A stretch of 64,000 nt of DNA from Octopus sinensis (lineage: Eukaryota), in assembly GCF_006345805.1 (NCBI RefSeq), contig NC_043001.1:102486001-102550000 (forward strand), written 5' to 3'. Both the position numbers and the translations under genes were made by a program. Shown here piece after piece: positions 1 through 12,493 of this stretch. Numbering within the stretch: the stretch's first letter is position 1; each line of letters starts with the position of its first letter. The notes under the pieces are model-generated. The model saw only the letters and a list, made by a program, of their open reading frames with translations. It had not been told where the DNA came from and did not search any database.

Positions 1-132
1 GCAGTTTGGCAAAAGAGACCAATAGAATAAGTACTAGGCTTACAAAGAATAAATCCTGAGGTCAATTTGCTCAACTAAAAATGGCAGTGCTCCAGCATGG
101 CCGCAGTCAGGTGACTGAAAAGAGTAAAAGAG
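1..132 (+). mobile_element. 3' part of tRNA-derived SINE, family B
   Basis: Matches the 3' half (AATAAGTACTAGGCTT...GCTCCAGCATGGCCGCAGTC...GACTGAAA) of the full copies at 12294-12705 and 21593-21985. Confidence 0.75.
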
Positions 133-2964
133 TATACCATCAGTATAGTGAGATCTGAGTATCACCGTTCAATGTACCACGTCTACAACCCAATTTCCTT
201 TTACTGTTGCAGCAACTATGTACAATGTCAATGTTCTCTCCTCTATAAAACTGGAGAATATTATCCACACAGTGAAAAAAGGAAAAAAAAGCAAAATTAA
301 TAATGTGCAAATATGGAGGAGTGGATGATAAACACCAACGTGTAACTGTTGCTTGTGCAAAATAGAAAGAGATAACCAGAGTTTGGATTTACAAGATTTT
401 TGAAATCTAAGTAAGCTGTTGGACAAAGAATCATTGTTAAGTGTAAAATGATGTTCATTTAACTTAGTCTAACATTTGATTAACCAAGTGGAACTGATAG
501 AAAATACTGACAGAAATTATTCAGCAACACAGTTCTGCTGTTTGAATAATGTTTACTTTCAGTCTTACTACTTATGCAGACTCAGAGAGAGGGTTAGATA
601 AATAAATTTCCTAATTGATATGTCTACTTCAATATAGAATTGAACATGAGTTTAGACGAAGGCACGTGTAAACATGCATAAGTTATGTAAATAAATAACT
701 ATGTATGCAATATTGGCAGACATACTGTATTATCCACTTTTAATCAAATTTCTTACAAGAAATCCAAATATATGTCCAAGCAAGAGAGAGACAGCCAGAG
801 AATTCAACTATTTCTGAGCTGATATATTGCTGGCAGCTACATATAGATATATACACACACCTTCATTCGGGTAATGTGTGAGTATGCCAATCTATATCCA
901 CGCACATGGTTATTACAGGTCGCTCTCTCTCTTTATTTCTCTCTCTCACACACACACAGATCATCTCTTACTTGTACATGTGAATGGTTGTTTCCTACCT
1001 CCACCCTATACGATACAAACACACACAGGCAAACGCACACAATTCACAACTATAAGAAAAACTGCCCCAGGCCTAACCTTTCCAATACAATGATAGTTGT
1101 GGTGAGTAATAAATAAAGGAAGAACTTATGGCAGGGAAGTCATTTGAGTAAAGTTTACTACGTCTAGAGCAAGCCAGTAAGCAAACATGGTCATTTTGCA
1201 ATGACTCATCCATAAATGTGATTTATCTGCATGGATAGCATACGAGAAATTTGCACAAATACTTCTCACTGTGAACAGTGATTAAAGACAGCTCTAATTG
1301 TATAGCAACAAGTTTGCTTCAAAAGCCTTACGCTATTGTAACTTAGCATTAAGGTTGTACTGAAAAATTCATAACTTCTCAAGCAAGTAAACATGTCAAC
1401 TAAAAATAGGAAAATGGACAATCTGCCCATCACTGTATCATTGGAGTTTCTGCTCGTAAAACTTCAAATCAACTCCTTGTGTGTATATGTGCACATGTAC
1501 GAACACACACACACACATATTCTTTGCAAGCGGTATAATTGGAGAAGAAATTTTATATGAAAACCTTAAGCAAATAACAATGTTGGTGGAAAATCTCAGA
1601 ATTTAGGTCAACAAGAAATAGCTTGTCAAAAGTAGATGCAATAATATTTTGTGGTACCGGCATTAAGTGATAAATGTAATTCAGAAAAGGCAAAGGAGTT
1701 TATTGTAAGGTGGGAGGGGGGGATTATACATAAAGATGTTTAATAAAATATGTATGTAATAAGGGATCATCCTCCTCATCATCATCACCACCACCATCAG
1801 CATCAGTGTCATCCTTACTCACATCATCGAGTTTATCATGAAATTATCCACATGAAACAATAAATCCTATAAAAGCAAGAGAACCATGTTCAGTAAAATA
1901 TGTATTGCACAGTGTGTGTGTGTAGGTGCTCAATACCCAGGTAATAGATACATCACATAATGTTCTTCAGAGAATATGGAAAAGAATATGGTATCATAAA
2001 TGCAACATAACAATCCCTGTGAAAAAAGCTTCCATACATTATGTATGTATATGTGTGTTGGTATGTGATGTGTACACGTGTACATGATGATGATGTGAGT
2101 GTCAGTGATGGTGGTGATAATATGCTATAATATCTGTATTTAAAAAGTAATCCTTTATGAAGACAGTGTCTTTTGAAATGTTCCCCGTTTTCATACCTAG
2201 CCATATTTTGTTTTAGTCTCTCTCTCTCTCTCTCTGTGCACATTTGCACATGTACATGTGCATACATACCCCCATTAATTGAGTTGTTTTCTGTGAATAA
2301 AAAATATTAAAAACTCTATCATGGGGAGATGCACAGTAAAGCTGTGAGTTACAGTAAAACTGTGAGTAATGTGAAAATGGATGTTAATCCAGTAAAAATA
2401 TCAATGGTTTGTTAGTGGAGAAGCAATCACTTGATGGCTTTAAGCCAAAAATGAAAGGTAAACAAATAAACCAAAACCATATCAAACAGAATATATTTTT
2501 ATGACAGCCGGTCGTCGTGGGGGAGATTTAGGATTGTTGTTTTTTTCCTTTCTTTTTAAATATTTATTTATTTAGATAGTGTTGTTACCAAACTTGACAA
2601 GAATGGATATAAGGGACAGAAAACAGGCTTAGAGTGGGCAAATAGCAAAATGTACTAAATACTTGATGCTTGTTAAGTGATTCTGTTTATCAATATTACT
2701 TCTTCTGCTACAGCTCAAACATCTATGCACTTAATTCCTATAGTTTTTTTTACAAAGCAGTTTTATTTGAACACAGTCTATGCAGCTGAAATTATACGAG
2801 GAAAGACAAGCTAAGAAGTCAATGGTTCGCATTATATCCACAGTACTGCATTGTATCTGTGGATTAAACAGTCATTCTAAGATAAATCAGCACTGCTACC
2901 TGTAAATGCGTACCAATGGAAGAAAACAATTCACCACCAATGTTTCTTTTAATTTTTTGCTGTA

Positions 2965-3022
2965 GATCATCATCATAATCCTCATCATCGTTTAACGTCC
3001 GTTTTCCATGCTGGCATGGGTT
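2965..3022 (-). mobile_element. Extreme 3' end of RTE-type LINE with (GAT)n tail, interrupted by an (AAT)n array
   Basis: CATCATC-GTTTAACGTCCGTTTTCCATGCTGGCATGGGTTG is the same terminus seen at 45914, 53041 and (reverse) 61980-62030. Confidence 0.7.
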
Positions 3023-3023
3023 G

Positions 3024-3073
3024 AACAACAACAATAATAATAATAATAATAATAATAACAATAATAATAATAA
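3024..3073. repeat. (AAC)n/(AAT)n microsatellite
   Basis: Directly visible array. Confidence 0.95.
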
Positions 3074-3131
3074 CATCAGCAAAAAATACCTTAGGAATGA
3101 GAACCCAGCGTTGTGTTCAAAATTCCACCAG

Positions 3132-3177
3132 GACACCTGATGAAGGCTGGAGAGTAAATCAGCCGAAACGTTGTGGT
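3132..3177 (+). ncRNA. Minimal type I hammerhead ribozyme motif, probably in a Penelope-like or non-autonomous retroelement terminal repeat (about 3074-3258)
   Basis: GACAC-CTGATGA(3137-3143)-A-GGCTG(3145-3149)/CAGCC(3160-3164) stem II-GAAA(3165-3168)-C-GTT-GTGGT. Stem I is CAC/GTG plus a mismatch and a G.U pair; stem III is the short palindromic AC/GT type. Confidence 0.6.
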
Positions 3178-4254
3178 AACAAAAAACAAGATGAAGACAC
3201 ATTTCCGTCTAATGTAAATAATGTACAGAATTCCTTATCTCTAAAATATAGAACAGTCTTAAAGTTCTGTAGTGCTTCCTCTGCATAAACCTTTCAGTTC
3301 AGATAAGAAGTAAAGATTTTGGTGAAATGCAGATAGTTCTGTATAAAAATGATAGAAGTATGACCATTGCATGCATTTAGATGAAATTTGCTGACACAAC
3401 CTGCCAAAGTAAGTTAAATATAGTTAAGATGATTACATCTAAACATTGCTAAATATATTTGCAAGATATCAATTCCTGGGCATTGATGCCTTTTCTAATT
3501 AAATCATTAATTAATAAATAACAAAAAGAACACAGTAACAAATATCACCAAATTGTAATTCACTGTTTGAACAATTAACCTCCGTTATGTTGAAACATTG
3601 AAGGAAGAAAAAGTCCTGAGAAATGTACCTGACAGAATGCGATAAATAAACAAGATACAAACAGGAAGTCTTTTGAAATTCTTTGTAAAATAAGGAAATT
3701 CTTTCTAAAATGAGGGTAAACTTTGCTTCCTGCATAGAAGAGTGCTCAGTTTCAGCTTCTGATCCTCAAACAACAACACGTTTTGAACTGTGATTTCATG
3801 CAGGTAAGGATTTAGTGGTAGGTGTGGATATTTATGGGTATAGGACTGAGTTGACCAGTGGCATCCGTGTAAAGTTGGCAAGTGTGGGATTTGCTTGTAG
3901 CAGTGAATCCAACTGAATGGGGGAGAAATGTGCCAGCCAGGCTGATATTTCCTAAAGTACAACACAAACAGACATGTTCATCAGTGATGTCCTCATGATA
4001 TGGATTAACAGACACACCATTATGTGAATAGCAGAGATTGTTTAAACAATTAAGTTCATTTTCATTACTATCAACACATTACAACTTGTGGAATTGTCAT
4101 TCATCCAAAGTGTCAAGTTTCATACAAATATACAATTCATTGAGACTCAAGAATGCTTTCTTATAATGAAAAAAAATATCAGAAAGCATTTCTTTTATCC
4201 AGGAATCGACATGTACAATTTTCAGTAAATTGCCACCTCTCATGCTTTTACTTC

Positions 4255-4510
4255 ATGTTTGTAAGTTCCTAAATTTGATTTCTGGCAGTGCGTTGTGTCC
4301 TTCAGCAAGACACTTTATTTCATGTTGCTCCTGTCCACTCAGCTGGCAAAAATGAGTTGTACCTGTAATTCTGTGTCATACCAAATTTCCCTAAGAACTA
4401 GTTTAAGGGCATATGTGTTTGTGGAGTACTCAACCACTTGCATGGTAATTTCATAAGGAAGCTGTTCCATTAATTGGATCAATTAGGATACTTGTCATAG
4501 CCGTTGGAGT
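4255..4510 (+). mobile_element. tRNA-derived SINE, family D (decayed)
   Basis: Shares GTGTCCTT.AGCAAGACACTTTATTTCA.GTTGCT...CCACTCAGCTGGCAAAAATGAGT with 26550-26790 and (reverse) 40140-40415. Confidence 0.6.
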
Positions 4511-5182
4511 GTTAGAACTCTGACAGGATAGCTATGGGTTTCCTATTTCTCTTTCCAGAGACACACACCATGAATAGAGACGAATACAGAAGGAAAAGAA
4601 AATTCCCTAAAATGTAGACATAAGAGAATAAGCAACACTACTACATGACAACAAAAATCTGTCAGAATGGATTAATAAAAAGAAAATTCTGGTTGTTCTG
4701 GCTGCACAGTTAACATTAACATGGTTGCTTTCAAAGAGAATCCTATAACAAAACAAACAGAAGACATGATCCAAGTAGATAAGACAAGCTCCAACGACAT
4801 AAAGAAATATAGATTCTGCTAAATAAATTAAGTTTATTTTCTAATGTTCTTTTAGTGAGTTCATAGATGATGCATGTTATTAAAGAATGGAGATATTTGC
4901 CAGGTTCTTCAGCAAAAAACAAAATTCATATCAGTTTTCTCTATTAACCTCATCTTTAGTGATACTTGTTAAATATTGATATTAAAAAACATTTATCTCT
5001 GAAGTTGAGGAATAATAGAGAAAAATTTTATAATCTTCTGAAAGATAAATCAAGTGATGAATCAGACATGGTGCTTCAGCTGCAATCCTGATTTCTTTAT
5101 TCACAAATAACGTACCTAGGACTACATTAGCCAAAATACTCTTCGTTCTTTATTTTTTCTTCTAATGATAGTAGAGTAAAAA

Positions 5183-5414
5183 GGTGGTAAGCTGGCAGAA
5201 ACGTTAGCACACCAGGTAAAATGTGTAGCCGTATTTCGTCTGCCGTTACGTTCTGAGTTCAAATCCCGCCGAGGTCGACTTTGCCTTTCATCCTTTTGGG
5301 GTCGATAAATTAAGTACCAGTTATGCGCTGAGGTCAATGTAATCGACTTAATCCGTTTGTCTGTCCTTGCTTGTCTCCTCTATGTTTAGCCCCTTGTGGG
5401 TAATAAAGAAACAG
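5183..5414 (+). mobile_element. tRNA-derived SINE, family A
   Basis: GGYGRYRAGCTGGCAGAAACGTTAGC head, B-box-like GAGTTCAAATCCC, central GCCTTTCATCCTTT.GGGGTCGATAAATTAAGTACCAG; about ten copies in this window. Confidence 0.85.
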
Positions 5415-5474
5415 ATAGTAGAGTGAGATTTGAAAGAGTCTTGTCTGCTATTCCTAGCAAGTGATAACGTAGAG

Positions 5475-5650
5475 CAGTGGCTCTCAACCAGGGTGCACAC
5501 AAGATTTTGTTGTTAAAATTTATGTGCAATAAATTGGTTATATTTCTACAATGCATAGGATTTTTTAAAACATTGATTGGCTGTGGAGGTCCAGTAGAGT
5601 AAAATGGGAATGAAAGGGGTCCACAAGCAAAAAGTGGTTGAGAACCACTG
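5475..5650. mobile_element. hAT (Buster/Charlie-type) MITE
   Basis: TIRs CAGTGGCTCTCAACC / GGTTGAGAACCACTG; 8-bp TSD ACGTAGAG/ATATAGAG (6/8) with central TA. Confidence 0.75.
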
Positions 5651-5698
5651 ATATAGAGGTTCCTTTATTGCTTTGAAACAATCCTATGCATTTACATA

Positions 5699-5931
5699 CC
5701 TATTTCTTTACTACCCACAAGGGGCTAAAAACAGAGAGGACAAACAAGGACAGACAAATGGATTAAGTCGATTATATCAACCCCTGTGCGTAACTGGTAC
5801 TTATTTAATCAGCCCTGAAAGGATGAAAAGCAAAGTCGACCTCAGCAGAATTTGAACTTAGAACATCGCGGCAGACGAAATATGGCTACACATTTCACCT
5901 GGTGTGCTAATGTTTCTGCCAGCTCACCGCC
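5699..5931 (-). mobile_element. tRNA-derived SINE, family A
   Basis: Reverse complement of the 5183-5414 copy along its full length. Confidence 0.85.
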
Positions 5932-7959
5932 TTTGTATTTTCATACCCTGCTTTAAAAATCACTTCAGCTGTATATTAAAACAAGCATTTAAAGAACAAG
6001 ACAAAAAGTTTGGATACCAAAGTCTAAAGCCATGAAAGTTGGCCAAGTTGGCTGCTCTGATATCCAACAAGGTTTTTAATTGATTTCTCAAAATCTTCCT
6101 CAACTGGAAATTGATATCAGTAATAGTACTTGTTACTCCTACTGTTGTTATCTGATTGAATCTGGACTGGAATTTTAAAGTCAACAGTGTTAAATCATAA
6201 AAAGTAAGGTAAGTGACTCACACTAGAAGCTTAGACTATGGCAAAAACAGAAAACAACTTTAATTCCATTCTGCACCAGACACTGAACATTATTATTCAT
6301 CTATCTGCTGTCTGGCTGATATCACAATGACATGTTGTACATAATTAACAAGAAAAGAAAGAAAGAAAATATATTCTGCTAAAGTGATAGCTTGCCATGA
6401 AACCTTTAAATTAAATTTGGTGCTCAACATGACACTTCTAGAGAATGACAGGTACCTCTCGCAAAGTTACAAAACGTTCATGTCATTAAAATAAGTAATG
6501 CACACACACACACACACACATGCGCGCACACACACACACACGCACACACACACACACGCGCATGCACTCAAGACAAACACATTGATTGTTGATTGATTGA
6601 TTGCTACGTAACCAAATGTCATGCTGTCAGATAGCTTATGGAACCCAAAAGTAAACTTACAAAGAATATTTCCGAAGGAAGTACAGCACCAATGTAAAGC
6701 TATCATATCTTAAGGAAGTAAAATGGTAAAAATGCTACCAAAAATATCGACAGTTCTAAAAATATAAAATAGCAAAGTCTGGAGAATACGATATACTTTT
6801 GAAATGTATGTTAATCTCAGCATGACTCATTTCCCAATACTGTTTCCTGGAAGAACATAAATAGAGAGCCTTAAATATTAAGATCAGTGTATTTAGTGGA
6901 ATAAGAGAGAACACAAGTTCCGAAAGAAGCTGGAAATCGGTTCAGTAATTGAATTGAAGTAACTATTTGAAGCGATCAATAACTGTGTTTTTATGTTGGT
7001 TTATGGGGTATTTTAGGCAACATGACTAGTTAATTGTTTCCAAGGCTTTGCTTCATATAAAGTATACATTTTCTTTCTCCAGCAGTTCTGCTTTAGAGAG
7101 AGATATACTACAGATAAGTTCCACCAGTTAATTATTCTACCCTCAATACAGAAAACATAGATTTATCAAAGACAAAAGCATACAAGCAGCTCAAAAATAA
7201 TATTTTTGTACTTTTATTTCCCTTACTTTCTTTTTTTTTCACTAAATTTATGGTGAAAAAGATGTATTGCTTTTTATTCTACTAGGAATAAACTAAAAGG
7301 GAGAGTGCCCTGCCCCCCTTATTCATGACAACTTACAATTTTAAGAATTATATATCATGTATTTTGTACTACTATATTTCTGCTATGAAAGAAGGTTGAA
7401 AAATGTTGTTTACAGACTCAAAGTGCTCTCATGATAATCTTTTACTAGAAGACAAATCTCTATCATAGTGGTTTTAGCCATTTGGCTGTGGTCATGTTCA
7501 GGTATTACCACATATATAACTCTGTTAAAATCTTAAACTGTTTAAACCCAAATATTGACAAGGAAAATCGTTAATAAGAACCACAGTCTATTTAAGCCTA
7601 TATTCATCACCCGTCCAATCATGAAAAAGTATCAGCAGAAACTATCCAGTCTACTAACAAAAGGAAAGCTGCAAAAAGAAAATTGTTTGCAGACAAGAAT
7701 ATTCTGGAAAGGTTTAACAGATTTCATCCTCTGAGCAAAATTCTTATAAATGCAAGTAAATGTAAAACCTAAATTTCCCATTTTTAAAATGAAGCACTGG
7801 ATATTTACTAAAATATAAAAATTGCTTCAGAAATGGCCTCCATTTCTGAAAGTACTTTCACATTTACTAGTTGTGGATGATAGAGTAGGAAGTCAGAAGG
7901 TTAGTTTATTTACCATTAGCAGTAAGTCTTTATTTCATTGAATCAACAACTAAAATACA

Positions 7960-8330
7960 GAGCCACGGATTGGCTCCCGTGCCGGTGGCATGTAAATAGC
8001 ACCATTCGAGTGTGATTGTTGCCAGTGTCACCTTACCGGCACATGTGCCAGTGGCACGTGAAAAACAACATTCGAGCATGGTCATTGCCAGTGCCACCGG
8101 ACTGGCTCCCATGCAGGTAGCATGTATAAAAACACCTTTTGTGCATGGTCGTTGCCAGAACCACCTGACTGGCCCATGTGCCAGTGGCACATAACAGCAC
8201 CCACTACACTCTCAGAGTGGTTGGTGTTAGGAAAGGCATCCAGCTGTAGAAACTCTGCCAGATCAAGATTGGAGCCTGGTGCAGCCGTCTGGCTTGCCAA
8301 TCCTCAGTCGATGATGATGATGATGATGAT
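7960..8330 (+). mobile_element. RTE-type LINE 3' UTR/terminus with internal tandem subrepeats and (GAT)n tail
   Basis: Repeated GGTGGCAYGTAAAAAGCACC units, then GGAAGGCATCCAGCTGTAGAAAC and (GAT)n at about 8311-8330. Confidence 0.7.
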
Positions 8331-8948
8331 TTACATTAACTACTATGAGATCACAAAAGCTTTGGAGAGGAGTGAAGTCTCATTGCAGAAATGTTCACTC
8401 ACATTCACCTATCCACTTTCTTCCCCTCCCACTACCCACATCATCTCTCTTGCCCACCTCGTTGCACTTTGAGAGTTTGCTCCGGCATTCCACCACTAAC
8501 TTCTTCTTACATCCATCTCAACTCCCTCATCAAGCTGAGAAAAACTGCAGTTGTGACAGATACTGGTGTCATGCAAATGATACCCAAGCCAGTGGCACAT
8601 AAAATCACCCATAGCAAGACACTTCTGCTTCCTTTTAGCATCCACTTGAAGTCACATTTTCCTTTCAAATGCTCCTCATTTAGTAACAAGAGTTTTTTCC
8701 ATTCCCTCAGCCTGTTCTTCTTGTCTTGCACATTACCAGGCAACCTCACTGCACCAGTGGTACCCCAAAGGGCATCCAGTATATTCTGTTAAGTGGTTGG
8801 TACTTAGAAGGGCATCCATCAGTAGAACCCATGCCAAAGCTGACAATGGAACCCAACATGGCCTTGTGGCTCGCTGGATCCTGTTAAACCATCAAACCCA
8901 TGCCAGCATAGAAAATGGACATTAATGACAATGATGAAGTTGATAATA

Positions 8949-10277
8949 TAGAGTGGGTCATAATGATGGGACACATTTTAAATGCTAGTATCTTGGATTA
9001 TAAAAATGACATAGATCATCAAATAGATTTGTTACATAACTGATATTCAAGAGTTCAACATATTACTGAAGATTTTACTATTTTTTACAGGTTGTTGGTG
9101 ACCATTATGCCATGGACTCCAAAAGGAATTGCATACATGGTTGAAGCATACCTCACCAGCCAAAGATCCATCATTGCAGCCCAAACGAAATTCCAACAGC
9201 AGTTTGGAAAGTGACAGGCACCATCCTAAAATGTGATCCTGCGTGCTATTACAAACTTCCATGAGACAGGCGATACTGAGAAGAAAAAAACCCAGGTCAA
9301 CCTTGAACGTCTTGTAGTGTAGAGAACTGCCAAATTGTGGGGAACACTACTGAACAAAGTCCCGAGAAATTCATGCACCAATTGGCTCAACAGTTGAATA
9401 TTTTGCAAACCAGAGTCAGAAGGACTTTAAAACAAGACCTACACTTGCATCCATATAAGGTACAGCTAGTGCAGCAATTGCTTCCACCAGATAAGATGCA
9501 AAGAAAGACTCTTAGTGATTGGTTTGTCAATACGTGTAGGGAGGAAGAGGATTTTATCCATCACTTGATCATATCAGATGAAGTTCATTTTAACCTTTCT
9601 GGTTATGTTAATAAACAAGATTGCAAGTTTTGGGACAGTGAAAGTCCTCAAATAATGCATACAAAACTTTTGCACAGCCAGAGGGTTACAGTGTGGTGTG
9701 TACTGACTTATGCAGGTGTGATTGGTCCTTACTTTTTTGAGGACAAACAGGGTGCAGATGTAACGGTAACTGTTCAGTGCTACGACCATATGCTGCAGCC
9801 GTTTTTCTGAGTTACAAAGGCTTGCCCTGACACAGATGCAACAAGGTGGTGCCACTAGTCATACAGTGTGACTGTCAATGACAACTCTTCAAGAACAATT
9901 TCCCCAGATATCTCATTTCAAGATTTGGTGATATCCACTGGCCATCCAGATCACACGATCTAACCCCAGGGGACTACTTTCTGTAGGGTTACCCCAAGGA
10001 TAGGGTATTCACAAGAAGGCCCCACACAACAGTGGAACTAGAGAGACTGCAGCCATTTCAGTTGATATGCTAAGCTGCAGTGTGCTTGATATGAGAAAGC
10101 AAGCTTGTGAATGTTCGCTTTGTGGTGGAGACCATCTCCAGGATGTAGTATCGAAATCTTAATAATATGTAGAACTCCTGTATATCAGTGATGTAATAAA
10201 TATATTTGGCACTCTGTCATTTTTATAATCCAAGATACTAGCATCTAAAATGTGTCCCATCATTATGGCTCACCCTG
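8949..10277 (+). mobile_element. Full-length, inactivated Tc1/mariner-superfamily DNA transposon (DD41D type)
   Basis: 63-bp TIRs (8949-9011 and 10215-10277), TA on both sides (8947-8948, 10278-10279). Disrupted transposase MPWTPKGIAYMVEAY...LHPYKVQ...SDEVHF...VTVW...GPYFFE...QQ(G)GATSH...WPSRSHDLTPGDYF; 41 residues between second and third catalytic positions after removing a +1 frameshift. Confidence 0.92.
9337..9810 (+). pseudogene. Longest uninterrupted piece of the DD41D transposase pseudogene
   Basis: ORF-track translation contains QDLHLHPYKVQLVQQL, IISDEVHFNLSGYVNKQ, HSQRVTVW, GVIGPYFFE; stops and frameshifts on both sides. Confidence 0.9.
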
Positions 10278-11667
10278 TATACATATATATGAGGCAAAGT
10301 GGCTGAGTTCCTTTCGGAGGCAATGACCAAGACCTTTGGCATTATGTCATGAAACTGTATTGGAAAATGGATTGGAGAAAAAAAAAAAACAGCTGTTTCG
10401 TTATCAAACAATATTGTTTAAGAAGGATCAGTGACATTACCCAATGATGTTAAGGAGCAAATTAAAATCATTAGCAATCAAAATCTAGTTTAAATTACAT
10501 CTTTAAAAAAAATGGGGTACATAGATCTCAAAGATGGAATGGTCATGGTTGGAAAGCTTTTAATTATAATTCTGATTAGAGCTGATCTGGAGATAAATCA
10601 CAACAAACTTAAGGACAGAAATTACTCTAGTAATTTTAATATAGCTTACTGGATGATTGTTTTTTTTATATTTTATTTCATTTATTTATTCTGTAGTCTC
10701 TTCAATAACAGTTCAATAAAATACTGTGACCCCAAGACACTATTATTAAATATTGGTGACCTTTATACAAAAACATTCATCTTGCAGGGTTATTTAACAT
10801 TGACTGCCACTCCTTCTCTCCTCTCTCATGTAATATCATTAATTCTAATGATAAATGTTTTCTAGATTTTTAAATCTCTTCTAAATAAATATAAGACTGT
10901 CAAGCATAGCTCATTTAGCATTGTTTCCAGGAGTGGAAAGGTTTAACAAAACAAACACGTTCAGCCTGATATTGATAATTCTATGTCTAAATAGAATGGT
11001 AAAAAAATATATATATACCAAGTGTGTTGTATTTGCATATGAGTAGTGAGAATGAGTAAGACAGTATTTTTATAGCATTTCTTCTGTAGCACAAAAACAG
11101 GATGGCTGATCTCACATCATTATAAATAATATTTTTCCTGCATAAAAGTAAATGTTTTTGAACATTACTTTCTCCCTTGTCCGGGATTCTATGGGTTTCC
11201 CCACTATTTGGTTTGATAAAGAGTTCAAAATCTTTCATGCTAACCCATAGCTCAAAATATCAAATTCTATCACAAGTATTATATTTGTGATTTTCATTGC
11301 TGCTTCATAAGTTAAGGAAAGTCATACCGAATGCCAAAAGCAAACAATTCTCAAAGAATTGAAATTTTCCTGTTAGATGGCAAGAGAAAATTCAAGTGAC
11401 TCTCAAAGACGAAGGGAGATAATGCCAAGAAATGAAGAATTAATTTCACTAAATTAACATCCATACTTAGAAGAATAACTTTGATCTTCATTTACAAGCA
11501 GTGGACAGCTTTTGGTTTTATTGGACTGCATCAACATAGTATAGGAAACTCAAATATGCTTTGATCAGATGACAGAGTTATTCTATTTGAGATAAATTCC
11601 TTGATGAACAAGTACAATTCAGTTTTATGGTTGGGTATTGTGTTGTACAGAGGTTTTAACAATTATC

Positions 11668-11902
11668 TATTTCTTTACTACCCACAAGGGGCTAAACACA
11701 GAGAGGACAAACAAGGACAGACAAACGGATTAAGTCGATTATATCGACCCCAGTGCGTAACTGGTACTTATTTAATCGACCCCGAAAGGATGAAAGGCAA
11801 AGTTGACCTCAGCAGAATTTGAACTCAGAACGTAGTGGCAGACGACATACTGCTAAGCATTTTGCCAGGCGTGCTAACGATTCTGCCAGCTCACCGCCTT
11901 AA
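11668..11902 (-). mobile_element. tRNA-derived SINE, family A, with perfect 17-bp TSD
   Basis: Full copy flanked by AGGTTTTAACAATTATC at 11651-11667 and 11903-11919. Confidence 0.92.
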
Positions 11903-12293
11903 AGGTTTTAACAATTATCACTGAAGAAAACATGAGAATCTGAAATATAATCAAAGGTTATAGTACACAGAAGAAGTTTGAAAAATAAAAAGAAGAGCTG
12001 GTCTTAGCATATAATAACAGAATGGAGTATCCCAAACAGATCACTGATAGAGTATCTTATACACTATATCTTCAGATAGCAGACCTTATGGTGGAGTATA
12101 ATGTAGAAAACTATTTCTTCAAGGATTCCCAGGCAAGATAAGAACTACCAAATCAAAAATATGTTTAACTCTTTCATAAAGCGACTTCAAACAAGAATAG
12201 GCTGGTCATGATTTTAGATAAATTATCACAATAATCAAGAAATTAAAGCAGTTAAATAAAATAATTTTAACTTATTATTTATTAAGTGGCATA

Positions 12294-12454
12294 GGTGCAA
12301 GCGTGGCAGTGTGGTAAGAAGTCTGTTTCCCAACTACATGGTTCCAGGTTCAATTCCACTGTGTGGCATCTTAGGCTGACCAAAGCCTTGTGACTGGATT
12401 TGGCAGATGGAAACTCAAAGAAGCCCATCATACATACATAAATATATATGTGCA

Positions 12455-12493
<39 letters not shown>

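Noticed and set aside
10512-10865. 117-aa plus-strand ORF with hydrophobic stretch
   Set aside because: AT-rich, no recognisable domain or splice structure; consistent with chance.
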